The notes under the pieces: generated by a model
What the model was told of the DNA's origin: nothing
What the model saw: only the letters and a program-made list of their open reading frames with translations
Database searches by the model: none
In this document: positions 1 to 9,206 of the stretch, piece after piece
Numbering within the stretch: the stretch's first letter is position 1
How the letters are laid out: the number at the start of each line of letters is the position of its first letter
Position numbers and translations under genes: made by a program
From: Thermodesulfobacteriota bacterium
Lineage (GTDB): Bacteria > Desulfobacterota_D > UBA1144 > Nemesobacterales > Nemesobacteraceae
Assembly (NCBI GenBank): GCA_965202785.1
Contig: OZ241855.1
Coordinates: 1,056,001-1,120,000, forward strand
Reading direction: 5' to 3'
DNA length: 64,000 nucleotides

Positions 1-1
1 G

Positions 2-622
2 CGGGGGGAGACCGCTTCGGGACGGCTTCCCGAGGAATACCGGATCCGCGACGCGCTTGGGTGTACGGGTTTTCGGAAAATAAAGATAGATGAAACCAAG
101 TCTCAGGTTTTTCTCGAGGGAGACTGCGTCAGACTCGATTTCGGCGCTATAGGAAAGGGCTACGCGGTTGACGAGATGGTAAAGATAGCCAGACAGAACG
201 GAATCACGAGAGGACTTGTGAATTTCGGGGGAAACATATACGCGATGGATCCTCCCGCAGGCAGAAAATTCTGGGACGTGGGGGTAAGAAAACCCGGCGG
301 CGGCAGTGAAATCATCTCAAAGATTGATCTTGTGAACAAGGGTGTCGCGACTTCGGGGGATTACGAGCGCTACTTTGAGCACTCGGGGAAAAGATACTCC
401 CATATAATAGATCCCAGAACGGGTTGGCCTGCCGAGGACGTGACTTCCGTCGTTGCCGTTTCGAGAAGCGCTACGGAAGCCGATGTTTTCTCAACCGCCG
501 TCTCGGTTCTTGGTCCGCGCGGCGCCCGGATGTTTGCCCAGAGAAATAAGTCCCTGGGTTTTCTGGTCGTTGGGAAAAGCGGGAAGAAAAAATCCTGCTT
601 CGGGTCTTATGCGTGCCGCTAG
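2..622 (+). CDS. apbE: FAD:protein FMN transferase ApbE, 5'-truncated by window edge
   Basis: Frame open from nt 2: LDFGAIGKGYAVD, NFGGNI, VATSGDYERY, YSHIIDPRTG, ADVFSTA. Confidence 0.93.
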   Translation, partial: RGETASGRLPEEYRIRDALGCTGFRKIKIDETKSQVFLEGDCVRLDFGAIGKGYAVDEMVKIARQNGITRGLVNFGGNIYAMDPPAGRKFWDVGVRKPGGGSEIISKIDLVNKGVATSGDYERYFEHSGKRYSHIIDPRTGWPAEDVTSVVAVSRSATEADVFSTAVSVLGPRGARMFAQRNKSLGFLVVGKSGKKKSCFGSYACR

Positions 623-632
623 TGTGCCGGGG

Positions 633-1130
633 TTATTGAGGCGGCTTTGGATACTCGGGCTTTTTCCTGTAGAGGTAATACGTTACGAAAATGATCAGGT
701 AAAGAAGAGATATCTGAAGGACGATGAAAGAACCGATTTTAACATAGGCGAATTCGGCGCTTACGTATCTTACGAGCCAGCCGCCGGCTATATCAAGAAA
801 CGCTGAGCCGTACGACGCTATTATGACGAGGAGCTTTTCGGCGGAGCTTCTGTTCGTAAAAAGAAAAAGATGGTTAAGTGTCACCAGTAAAATGGCCATT
901 GAGAAAAAATGGAAATGGGCTTCCTCAAGCAGCCCAAAATAGCTTCTCGGAGGCCTGAAACTCTCCTCGGATCCCCTGTAGTACTCAACCACGCTATCAA
1001 AGCTGAATCCTATCTTCAGAAAAAACAGCAGGTTGGTTAGCCACAAAAAGAGAAAGAAGATCGTCGTGAGCAAGACGATGAGTTTCAACAGGTCGTTTTT
1101 TCTTATGTCCGCTGAAATGAAAAACTTCAT
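633..1130 (-). CDS. Uncharacterised ~4-TM membrane protein with membrane His residues
   Basis: Hydrophobic segments; LEEAHFHFFSMAILLVTLNHL; last gene of the porin/FMN-binding run. Confidence 0.7.
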   Translation of the reverse strand: MKFFISADIRKNDLLKLIVLLTTIFFLFLWLTNLLFFLKIGFSFDSVVEYYRGSEESFRPPRSYFGLLEEAHFHFFSMAILLVTLNHLFLFTNRSSAEKLLVIIASYGSAFLDIAGGWLVRYVSAEFAYVKIGSFIVLQISLLYLIIFVTYYLYRKKPEYPKPPQ

Positions 1131-1150
1131 TTTTTCTCCCAGATGGATAA

Positions 1151-1702
1151 TTAGGAATCAGCCGGAATGCCGAACGTGACTCTGTAAACGGCGAGAACCC
1201 TTCTCGTAGCTTGCGAAAAAGATACCGTACTTATCGTGGCTCCGGTAATGTTGGGAACTCCTTTTCCTACCTTCATTCTGTCCATCTTGGTTTTTTCCAG
1301 GAACAAGTTTATCCATTTTCCGCTCGGCATGTAATCTGTGGGTTCGAAAAATGCGAGAGTTTCGGCGTGGCGAAGCGTCCCGTCAGGATTTATTACGAAC
1401 ATTACGGTTTCGGTAAGTGTTCGAAGGGGGTGGGTGTCGATGACGGCGTAGCCCGTCTCCTTCCCGCCGGATTTTGCTATGTAGAAAGTGTAAAGCCTTG
1501 AATCTACCTCGACCTTTGCCATTGCGCGTACTCTCTCGGCTTGGGGTTGGGTGAGGAAAACGTGTCTCTTTTCTATTTCTTCTGCTTCGGGGAAAACAAG
1601 TTCAAGCGCCTTGCCCTTGGTAAGAAAGACCTTGGCGGAGGCATCTCCGGCACCATGCAGAAAAAACACAAGCGTTATCAAGATAAGGATTTTCGTATTC
1701 AT
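1151..1702 (-). CDS. Exported FMN-binding (RnfG/NqrC-like) flavinylation-target protein
   Basis: Signal peptide; ITGATIS matches the [S/T]GA[S/T] FMNylation motif; next to apbE. Confidence 0.85.
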   Translation of the reverse strand: MNTKILILITLVFFLHGAGDASAKVFLTKGKALELVFPEAEEIEKRHVFLTQPQAERVRAMAKVEVDSRLYTFYIAKSGGKETGYAVIDTHPLRTLTETVMFVINPDGTLRHAETLAFFEPTDYMPSGKWINLFLEKTKMDRMKVGKGVPNITGATISTVSFSQATRRVLAVYRVTFGIPADS

Positions 1703-1761
1703 GATGAAAGAAGGGCAACATTCTATCTGAATATTGCCCTTTTGAAGAGAGAGAAAGAGAG

Positions 1762-1806
1762 AGAAAAAAAAGAAGCATAAACCCGCGCCCGTTTATCGCG
1801 GATTTA
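1762..1806 (-). terminator. Possible intrinsic terminator/attenuator after the porin gene
   Basis: Minus strand TAAATCCGCG-N9-CGCGGGTTTA followed by a T-rich tract. Confidence 0.4.
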
Positions 1807-1817
1807 AGTCCTATATC

Positions 1818-3131
1818 CTAAAACACATATCCAAGCCCGAAATTGAACTGGTCCGTCGCTTCATCCGCCTCGTTATCAAGCTTCTGATACTCGGCTTTTA
1901 CGACTACGTTTGGAATCGGCTTGTAATTTACCCCGATAGTGTACTGGGTCCTTTCATTCGCTGGGTTTCTTTCATACCCGGCGGGAACCTCTTTCTGGGT
2001 ATCAAATTTTTCATACCGGAAAAAAGGCGCCAGATACTCCATGTACTTGCTTCCGGAGTTAAGCGCGGAGAAAATGTTATATGCTCCCAGAACATACCAG
2101 CCGGACTGTTCCTCCCCGACGGATTTGTTGCCTTCATACTCATTAAGTTGGTTTATAAGTGCGACGTCATCCAGCATGGTCCAGACTGACAGAGCTCTCA
2201 GATCCAACCCCGCATACTGAAACTGCGCGTCAACTTCGTACATTTGGAAGAGGCCGTCTATCGTCTGGCCGTTAACTTTTTCGTCCTGTCCCGTGTTGCC
2301 GTAGAATACGGACCCGCCGACTTTCAGCCCTGGAATAGGGTCGTACTCAAGCCTTCCGACAAAAGCTATGTCGTCGAATCTTGCCCTGTTTCCCTTGATC
2401 CGAAGACTTCTGTTGTCCGATGCCTTGAATCCCCGAGCATCGGCGCTCGACATTGCATAGGCCCTGTAAGAAAGCTCCCCGGCGCTGCCCAGATCAAACG
2501 TTCCGTGTGCCCCGGCTCCGGACTCTCTCCATGTACTCGGAATTATCCGCCTCTCCACCTCGGGTCTACCCACTCCGTAAAACGTCGTCGGCTCGTGAAT
2601 CTCGTTTACGATTCCGAAAGGAGTCAGGAGGAGTCCGGCTCTCAGATTGAATTCATCGCTTATAAGAAAATCAATCAGTGCAAACTCAACCGATGCCGAC
2701 CCCGCTTTTCCATCCTTATTGCTTCCCGTTGTACCGTGCTCGAATTCTATTTCCGAGTTGAAAACTATGTGGTCGTTGTACTTGTAGCCGTTATAGAGAA
2801 CCAGTCTCAGGGTATCCACTATGTCGTGCCCATCCTCTTTTACATTTCCTATAAGCAACTCACCATACCCTCCGAACGATACTCCTTGGTCAACCCTGTA
2901 GACTTTTGACGCTGCGGGGGCCACCCCGAATTCCGTCTCATAGACCGGAGGTTCCGTTACCGAAGCAGACTTTATGGATTCTATCTCATCCGCCAGAACC
3001 TTTATCTGCTCCTCAAGCCTTTTTATCTTTTCCTCCGAAGCTGTGCCCGCTAGGGAAATCTGCGTGCCTGCGAGTGAAAAAATCAGGAAAAAGACAAAAA
3101 GCATTTTCCACCTTTTTGTATAATTAACCAT
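1818..3131 (-). CDS. Outer-membrane porin (OprO/OprP-like beta-barrel) with N-terminal coiled coil
   Basis: Signal peptide, coiled coil, FNSEIEFEH, amphipathic strands, C-terminal YVF. Confidence 0.8.
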   Translation of the reverse strand: MVNYTKRWKMLFVFFLIFSLAGTQISLAGTASEEKIKRLEEQIKVLADEIESIKSASVTEPPVYETEFGVAPAASKVYRVDQGVSFGGYGELLIGNVKEDGHDIVDTLRLVLYNGYKYNDHIVFNSEIEFEHGTTGSNKDGKAGSASVEFALIDFLISDEFNLRAGLLLTPFGIVNEIHEPTTFYGVGRPEVERRIIPSTWRESGAGAHGTFDLGSAGELSYRAYAMSSADARGFKASDNRSLRIKGNRARFDDIAFVGRLEYDPIPGLKVGGSVFYGNTGQDEKVNGQTIDGLFQMYEVDAQFQYAGLDLRALSVWTMLDDVALINQLNEYEGNKSVGEEQSGWYVLGAYNIFSALNSGSKYMEYLAPFFRYEKFDTQKEVPAGYERNPANERTQYTIGVNYKPIPNVVVKAEYQKLDNEADEATDQFNFGLGYVF

Positions 3132-3337
3132 CTCTTGACATCCTCCTTTTGCGACCTGTTAGGGTTGCGCAATTAGTAGATATTCTGGATATTTAATATC
3201 CATGATGCATGATTAATAACATCCTGGAGTGATGATGTCAAGAATTTTTTAAAAAATATCTGCAAACAAGAAAATCGGCGGAATTACCCGTCCGATTTTC
3301 TTTCCGGAACTGTGTATAAAGGCGAAAATGACGACGA

Positions 3338-3375
3338 TGAGAATTATTGACAATAAAGGTCTAGAATGGTAAAAA
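3338..3375 (+). promoter_or_regulatory. Sigma70 promoter (TTGACA-N17-TAAAAA) overlapped by a Fur-box-like sequence
   Basis: TGAGAATTATTGACA at 3338-3352 resembles 7-1-7 TGATAAT-N-ATTATCA; upstream of an iron permease. Confidence 0.5.
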
Positions 3376-3417
3376 GTACCTTCCCTGATCCCCAAGATGG
3401 GGAGATATCTGCGGACT

Positions 3418-5352
3418 ATGCTTAAAAAAAGTTTCTTCTGTTTATCAGTTCTCATATTTTTTCTTTTTCCTGCGCTTTCTTCTGCCGCAGAGATAGATAG
3501 GGTTCTCTCTCTTGTTGACTACATCGGAGGAGATTACGCAAACGCCGTAGAAGAAGGGAAAATCATAAACGAATTTGAGTATCAGGAAATGCTGGACTTT
3601 TCTTCTGCCGTGATCGATTTGTGGGAGAAGATTCCTGAGAAAAAGATAGAAACCACAGATTTTTCCGAAAAATTTGCTCGCCTGCACTCAATTGTAGTAT
3701 CCAAGGGGCCCACCTCCGAGGTGGAAAGTCTTGCAAATGAATTGAAGGAGCGGATTATTTCTGCCTATGATATCAAGCCTTACCCGGCGAATATACCGGA
3801 TTACCAAAGCGGGAAAGAACTTTACGTAAGGAACTGCTCCTCCTGTCACGGGCTCTCGGGAAGGCCGGACGATGCCTTCTCCAAGAGTCTCAACCCTCCT
3901 CCCACGGATTTCACAGACCCTGACATAAATCTCGGGCTTTCACCTTTTAAAGTTTACAATACCACCACTTTCGGGATTGAAGGTACCGCCATGACCTCGT
4001 TCGAAAAGGTGCTTGACGAAAAACAGAAGTGGGATGTGGCGTTTTACGTTCTCTCTCTCGGGTATCCAGGCATTCCCTCAGGCGGAGGTACTTCTGGACT
4101 TTCCACGGAGAATATTCCCCATGATGTAAGAAAACTTGAAAATCTTGCCCTAGCCAGCAATGCGGAGATTCTTCTTAACGCCGGGGCGGGAGGCAGTAAC
4201 GAAGATGTTCTCTTCTATCTTAGAACTGCTTACCTTCGAGACGGAATTGCCGGAGGCGCCTCCGAAGCTATAGACCATACCATCAGGAAGCTTGCGGAAG
4301 CGATCGATCTTTACGAGGCCGGCAGAAAAGATGAAGCATTCAGGGAGGCTCTCGACGGTTACTTGGGAGGATTTCAGAAAATTGAACCCGCTTTGGTTTC
4401 GAAAAAAAGATCGCTTGTTCTTGAGGTTGAGAAGAAAATGGGATTTTTTAGGTCATTAGTGATGTCCGACCGGGACTCCTCCGAGCTTCATGATCTGAAA
4501 GCTAGCATAGAGGAGGATCTTCGCGAGTCGGAACGCATCCTGCAAGGTGGCTCATCGCTCGGCAAATATCTGAGTTTTGTCAATTCTTTTGCCATAATAC
4601 TCAGAGAAGCGCTTGAAGCTCTGCTGATAATCGCGGCCATTATCGCCGCTTTAGCGCATTCAGGTAACCGCGGGATGATCAGGTACGTTCACTACGGGTG
4701 GGTGCTTGCCATCTTTGCGGGACTGGCGACGTGGGTTGCGGCAAGAACCATAATAGATATCTCGGGGGCCAGGAGGGAGATTGTGGAAGGAGTGACCTCT
4801 CTTCTGGCAGCAGTGATCCTTTTTTACGTAAGTTACTGGCTTATCTCAAAGGCGGACGTAAAAAAATGGAAGGAATACGTCCGCTCGAAGACCCAAGGCG
4901 CGCTTACCCGAAGAAGCGGACTTACTCTTGCTTTCGTTTCGTTTCTTGCCGTCTACAGGGAAGCTTTCGAGACAATGCTTTTTTACCAGGCACTTTTCTA
5001 CCAGACCGCTTCATCCACGCCACACGTGATCTATGGACTTGTTGCGGGGGTGGCGGTCGTGTTCGTAATAGCTTTTCTTATGTATAGGTTTACCCTCAGG
5101 ATCCCTCTTAAATACTTCTTTTCCTTCACGAGCGTTTTCCTCTACCTGCTCTGTTTCATACTTCTCGGCAAGGGAATACTTGAACTCCAGGAGGCAGGAA
5201 TTATTTCCTCAACTACGGCGGATTTCATTCCTTACATGGATACTCTCGGGATATATCCTTCTTATGAGACCGCGATCCCCCAAGCTGTTCTTCTTCTGCT
5301 TGCCTTTTCGTTGTTCGCACGAAATTACGTATACCGGGAAAAACATCTGTAA
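3418..5352 (+). CDS. Cytochrome c / FTR1 family iron permease (alternative start 3397)
   Basis: CSSCH haem c motif; two REXXE motifs (REALE, REAFE) in the C-terminal multi-TM domain. Confidence 0.92.
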   Translation: MLKKSFFCLSVLIFFLFPALSSAAEIDRVLSLVDYIGGDYANAVEEGKIINEFEYQEMLDFSSAVIDLWEKIPEKKIETTDFSEKFARLHSIVVSKGPTSEVESLANELKERIISAYDIKPYPANIPDYQSGKELYVRNCSSCHGLSGRPDDAFSKSLNPPPTDFTDPDINLGLSPFKVYNTTTFGIEGTAMTSFEKVLDEKQKWDVAFYVLSLGYPGIPSGGGTSGLSTENIPHDVRKLENLALASNAEILLNAGAGGSNEDVLFYLRTAYLRDGIAGGASEAIDHTIRKLAEAIDLYEAGRKDEAFREALDGYLGGFQKIEPALVSKKRSLVLEVEKKMGFFRSLVMSDRDSSELHDLKASIEEDLRESERILQGGSSLGKYLSFVNSFAIILREALEALLIIAAIIAALAHSGNRGMIRYVHYGWVLAIFAGLATWVAARTIIDISGARREIVEGVTSLLAAVILFYVSYWLISKADVKKWKEYVRSKTQGALTRRSGLTLAFVSFLAVYREAFETMLFYQALFYQTASSTPHVIYGLVAGVAVVFVIAFLMYRFTLRIPLKYFFSFTSVFLYLLCFILLGKGILELQEAGIISSTTADFIPYMDTLGIYPSYETAIPQAVLLLLAFSLFARNYVYREKHL

Positions 5353-5508
5353 CCTGCTAGCGACACTCAAAACGTGACTTGCAAAAAGTGTGGTGTTGGG
5401 TTTTTAGCTTCGGGTTTAAAAATCCACTTTGGTTTACGGGGGATACTGGAATTTTGCGAATAATGATATATTGTTACCTGAATTCTTTGCCGAGGGGTTT
5501 TAGACTAA

Positions 5509-6816
5509 ATGAAGATAGATATTGAGGATATTGACAGCACCAGAAAAAAGATAAGGGTTTCCCTTTCCTCCGAACAGGTTGCGGAAAAGAGAAATTCCGT
5601 GTTCCGCGATGTTATGGGAGGAGTGAGCGTCAAGGGGTTTAGAAAGGGAAAAGTCCCCCGCCACGTGGTCGAGTCCATGTATGGAAAGGAGGTCGATCAG
5701 GAAACCGCATCTAGCCTTGTCTCGGAAACTTTGTCCGAAGCCCTTGCGCAGCGCTCGCTTTTGCCGGTGACGCGCCCCGACATTACGGAGATGGGTGAGG
5801 TGAAAACCGGAGAGGAGTTTGCTTATTCGGCTGAATTCGAGGTGATTCCCGATTTTGAACTTTCCGACTACACCTCAATTCCGGTGAAGAAAACCGTCCG
5901 CCAGGTGACCGAGGATGATATAGACGCCGAGGTGCAGAAACTCAGGGAAAGGTCCGCGCAGTCAAGGCTTGTCGAGGAAGAGCGCCCTGCAAAGGAAGGC
6001 GATTATGTTTTTGTAGATTACAGCGGCGCGTTTGAGGACGGGGAGACCATAGACGATCTTAACAGGCAGAACGTAAGATTCTTGCTGGGCGAAGAGCAGT
6101 TTGCTCCTGAGTTCGAAGAGAACCTGCTTGGGAAGAAAGCGGACGAGGAAGCTCAATTCTCGGTTTCCTACCCGGAAGATTTCCTAATATCCGAAGCCGC
6201 AGGGAAAACCGTCAGTTTCACCGTCAAGGTAAATGAGATTCACGACAGGATTCTGCCCGAGGCGGACGATGATTTCGCGAAGGATTTCGAAGTCGAAGGC
6301 ATCTCTGAGTTGCGAGAAGCCATAAACGAGCAGCTTGAGCGTCTTCATGAAGACGAACAGCTCTCATCAATGAGGGATCAGATAGTCGACGACCTTCTCT
6401 CGAAAAACCAGTTCGATGTTCCTCGGTCGCTGCTTGAAAAGGAGGAGGAGAGCCTTAAAGCGAGATTTCTCTCCGACATGCAGAGAAGCGGAGTCGCGGA
6501 GCCCGAGGTCGGGGAGGACGTAGCGCCGAAATTCACTGAGAAGGCCGCCGAGAGCGTCAGGACGTCCATAATTCTCGGTCGCATCGCTCAGAAGGAGGAT
6601 GTGAGAGTTACCCGCAAGCAGTTAAACGAACACATAGACCGCCTTGCCGCTTCATACAATCTTCCCCCCGATCAGGTACACAAGGCTTATGAACAGCCGG
6701 GGACTATGGAGCATCTGGAATCCCAGATCAAAACCCGAGGAGTCTTGGATCTTCTTCTGGAGCGGGCCCAGATTGAGGAAGTGGAGCCCGAATCCGCGCA
6801 GATTGACAAGGAATAA
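5509..6816 (+). CDS. tig: Trigger factor
   Basis: GFRKGKVP motif, FKBP-like middle domain, precedes clpP-clpX. Confidence 0.96.
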   Translation: MKIDIEDIDSTRKKIRVSLSSEQVAEKRNSVFRDVMGGVSVKGFRKGKVPRHVVESMYGKEVDQETASSLVSETLSEALAQRSLLPVTRPDITEMGEVKTGEEFAYSAEFEVIPDFELSDYTSIPVKKTVRQVTEDDIDAEVQKLRERSAQSRLVEEERPAKEGDYVFVDYSGAFEDGETIDDLNRQNVRFLLGEEQFAPEFEENLLGKKADEEAQFSVSYPEDFLISEAAGKTVSFTVKVNEIHDRILPEADDDFAKDFEVEGISELREAINEQLERLHEDEQLSSMRDQIVDDLLSKNQFDVPRSLLEKEEESLKARFLSDMQRSGVAEPEVGEDVAPKFTEKAAESVRTSIILGRIAQKEDVRVTRKQLNEHIDRLAASYNLPPDQVHKAYEQPGTMEHLESQIKTRGVLDLLLERAQIEEVEPESAQIDKE

Positions 6817-6832
6817 CCCGCTTAGTTATAAT
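6803..6832 (+). promoter_or_regulatory. Consensus sigma70 promoter for clpP-clpX
   Basis: TTGACA(6803)-N18-TATAAT(6827). Confidence 0.7.
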
Positions 6833-6839
6833 CGGGTTG

Positions 6840-7442
6840 ATGATAACCGATTTCATACCTTACGTTATTGAGCGCACGAGCAGGGGTGATCAGGGCTACG
6901 ATATTTTCTCGAGGCTCCTTAAGGACAGGATTGTCTTTATAGGTTCCGATATAAATGACGCGGTAGCCAACGTCGTAATCGCCCAGCTCCTTTTTCTTGA
7001 ATCCGAGAACCCCGAGACGCCTATTTACCTCTACATAAATTCCCCCGGAGGACACGTCACCTCCGGTCTTGCAATCTACGACACAATACAGTACGTGAAG
7101 CCTGAAGTCTCTACCATATGCATCGGGCAGGCGGTCAGCATGGCCGCAGTTCTTCTGGCAAGCGGCGCGCCGGGCAAAAGGTATGCGCTGCCTCACTCGA
7201 GGGTGATGATTCACCAGGTGCTCGGAGGTGTTTCCGGGCAGGCAAGCGACATAGAAATACACGCAAAGGAGATTGTCAGGGTGAAAAAGCAGCTCAACTC
7301 CATACTTGAGAAGCACACCGGGCAGACTCTTGAGAAGATAGTGAGCGATACGGACAGAGACTTTTTCATGACCGCTCAGGATTCTATCAATTACGGTATA
7401 GTGGATGCCATAATTACCGAAAGGGAGGAGGCGACCGGATGA
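6840..7442 (+). CDS. clpP: ATP-dependent Clp protease proteolytic subunit (ORF track start TTG 6837)
   Basis: [18 protein letters not shown], catalytic Ser in QAVSMA, MIHQ, DRDFFM. Confidence 0.97.
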   Translation: MITDFIPYVIERTSRGDQGYDIFSRLLKDRIVFIGSDINDAVANVVIAQLLFLESENPETPIYLYINSPGGHVTSGLAIYDTIQYVKPEVSTICIGQAVSMAAVLLASGAPGKRYALPHSRVMIHQVLGGVSGQASDIEIHAKEIVRVKKQLNSILEKHTGQTLEKIVSDTDRDFFMTAQDSINYGIVDAIITEREEATG

Positions 7443-8731
7443 GTCCTAAAAAAAGCAGAGAAGAAACGAAGCACTACTGCTCTTTCTGCGGGAAGAATCA
7501 GGAAGAGATTAACAAGCTCATAGCGGGCCACGGCGTCTATATCTGTGATGAGTGCATAGATCTCTGCAACCAGATCATAGCGGAAGAAAGGACCAAGGAC
7601 AGCGCTTTTCCGAAACCGAAGAAATCCTTTCCGACTCCACAGCAGATGAAGTCCTTTCTTGACGGATACATAATAGGTCAGGAAAACGCCAAGAAGGTAC
7701 TTTCCGTCGCTGTCTACAATCACTACAAGCGGATGCAGTTTAACGAATCCGGCAGGAGAAGAAGCGACAAAGTGGAAGTGGAGAAAAGCAACATACTTCT
7801 CATAGGCCCCACGGGTTCTGGAAAAACCTTGCTTGCCCAGACGCTGGCCAAGATTCTCGACGTTCCTTTCACCATAGTGGACGCTACCTGCTATACGGAA
7901 GCTGGCTATGTGGGCGAGGACGTTGAAAACATGATAGTGAGCCTGCTTCAGGCGGCAAACTACGATGTCGAAAAAGCTTCCCGTGGAGGCATTATCTATA
8001 TAGACGAGATAGACAAGCTTACGCGCAAATCGAGCGACAGTCCCTCGATCACGAGGGATGTGTCGGGAGAGGGTGTGCAGCAGGCGTTGCTCAAGATAAT
8101 GGAAGGGACTCTGGCAAATGTTCCTCCCAAGGGGGGAAGGAAGCATCCACAGCAGGAATTTACTCAAGTGGACACCACGAACATCCTTTTCATATGCGGT
8201 GGTGCTTTCTGCGGTCTTGAGGATATTATCCGTGCGAGAATCGGAGAAAAGTCCATCGGCTTCGGGGCTAAATTGTCAAACAGGGCTGCTGAGGACGAAA
8301 GCAATTTTCTCAACAAGGTCCAGCCTGAGGACCTCGTCCAGTTCGGACTGATTCCCGAATTCGTCGGTAGGGTTCCAATTATCGCCAGTCTGAGTGAACT
8401 TACCGAAGAGCAGTTGGTAGAAATTCTGACTGAACCCAAAAACGCCATCGTGAAGCAGTTTGAGAAGATGATGGAAATTGAGAAGGTGCAGTTGGAGATA
8501 ACAGAAGATGCGAGAAAAGCCATTGCCAGAGAAGCCGTCTTGAGAAATACTGGGGCCAGGGGGCTTCGTGCCATCATAGAATCGATTATGCTTGAAGTTT
8601 TCTATGAAGTGCCTTCGCTGCAGGGGGTAACGCGCTGCGTCATTGACGAGAGCGTTATAGCCGGGCGGAACGATCCCAAGTTTTATTTTGAGAAATCGGA
8701 TGAAGAAGACCAGAAGCTGCTGGGAACCTAG
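7439..8731 (+). CDS. clpX: ATP-dependent Clp protease ATP-binding subunit
   Basis: CSFCGK/CDEC zinc finger, [15 protein letters not shown] loop. Confidence 0.98.
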   Translation: MSPKKSREETKHYCSFCGKNQEEINKLIAGHGVYICDECIDLCNQIIAEERTKDSAFPKPKKSFPTPQQMKSFLDGYIIGQENAKKVLSVAVYNHYKRMQFNESGRRRSDKVEVEKSNILLIGPTGSGKTLLAQTLAKILDVPFTIVDATCYTEAGYVGEDVENMIVSLLQAANYDVEKASRGGIIYIDEIDKLTRKSSDSPSITRDVSGEGVQQALLKIMEGTLANVPPKGGRKHPQQEFTQVDTTNILFICGGAFCGLEDIIRARIGEKSIGFGAKLSNRAAEDESNFLNKVQPEDLVQFGLIPEFVGRVPIIASLSELTEEQLVEILTEPKNAIVKQFEKMMEIEKVQLEITEDARKAIAREAVLRNTGARGLRAIIESIMLEVFYEVPSLQGVTRCVIDESVIAGRNDPKFYFEKSDEEDQKLLGT

Positions 8732-8808
8732 AAGATTTCTTGCGAGCGGAGGTTCCTCTGCGCCTGCATATCAGGGGATGCCCTCGGAAACCGCGAATCC
8801 CAAAGCCG

Positions 8809-9057
8809 ATGATTGACAAGGAACTGCTTGAAATTCTCGTGTGTCCTGAGACCGGACAACCTCTTGAAGAGGCCGGTCGGGAGCTCCTTGCGCGGCTTAA
8901 CGAACTTGTTGAGATCGGAACTCTCGTTGACAGGTCGGGAGAGCGGGTTTCCGAAAAGATCGAAGGGGGTCTTATCTGCCGCGGGGGGAAGTATCTCTAC
9001 CCCGTAAGGGAAAACATACCGATTCTTCTGATCGAAAGTTCCATCCCCGCAGCTTGA
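8809..9057 (+). CDS. Trm112 family protein
   Basis: MIDKELLEILVCPETGQPL...YPVRENIPILL. Confidence 0.8.
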   Translation: MIDKELLEILVCPETGQPLEEAGRELLARLNELVEIGTLVDRSGERVSEKIEGGLICRGGKYLYPVRENIPILLIESSIPAA

Positions 9058-9206
9058 TTTTGCCTGCGCGGAGAAGCATGCCCGTACGTTTGCTACGACC
9101 GGGCGTTTCATGCCACACTGTAAGTTCCATTATCCAATAATCTCTAATGACTTCGATTTTTCGCATGATATTATGTTATAATTTCTGACAAAAGGGGGGC
9201 ATCGAA

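Noticed and set aside
1745-1775. GA-rich simple sequence
   Set aside because: Short and irregular; explained as the T-tract of the putative terminator
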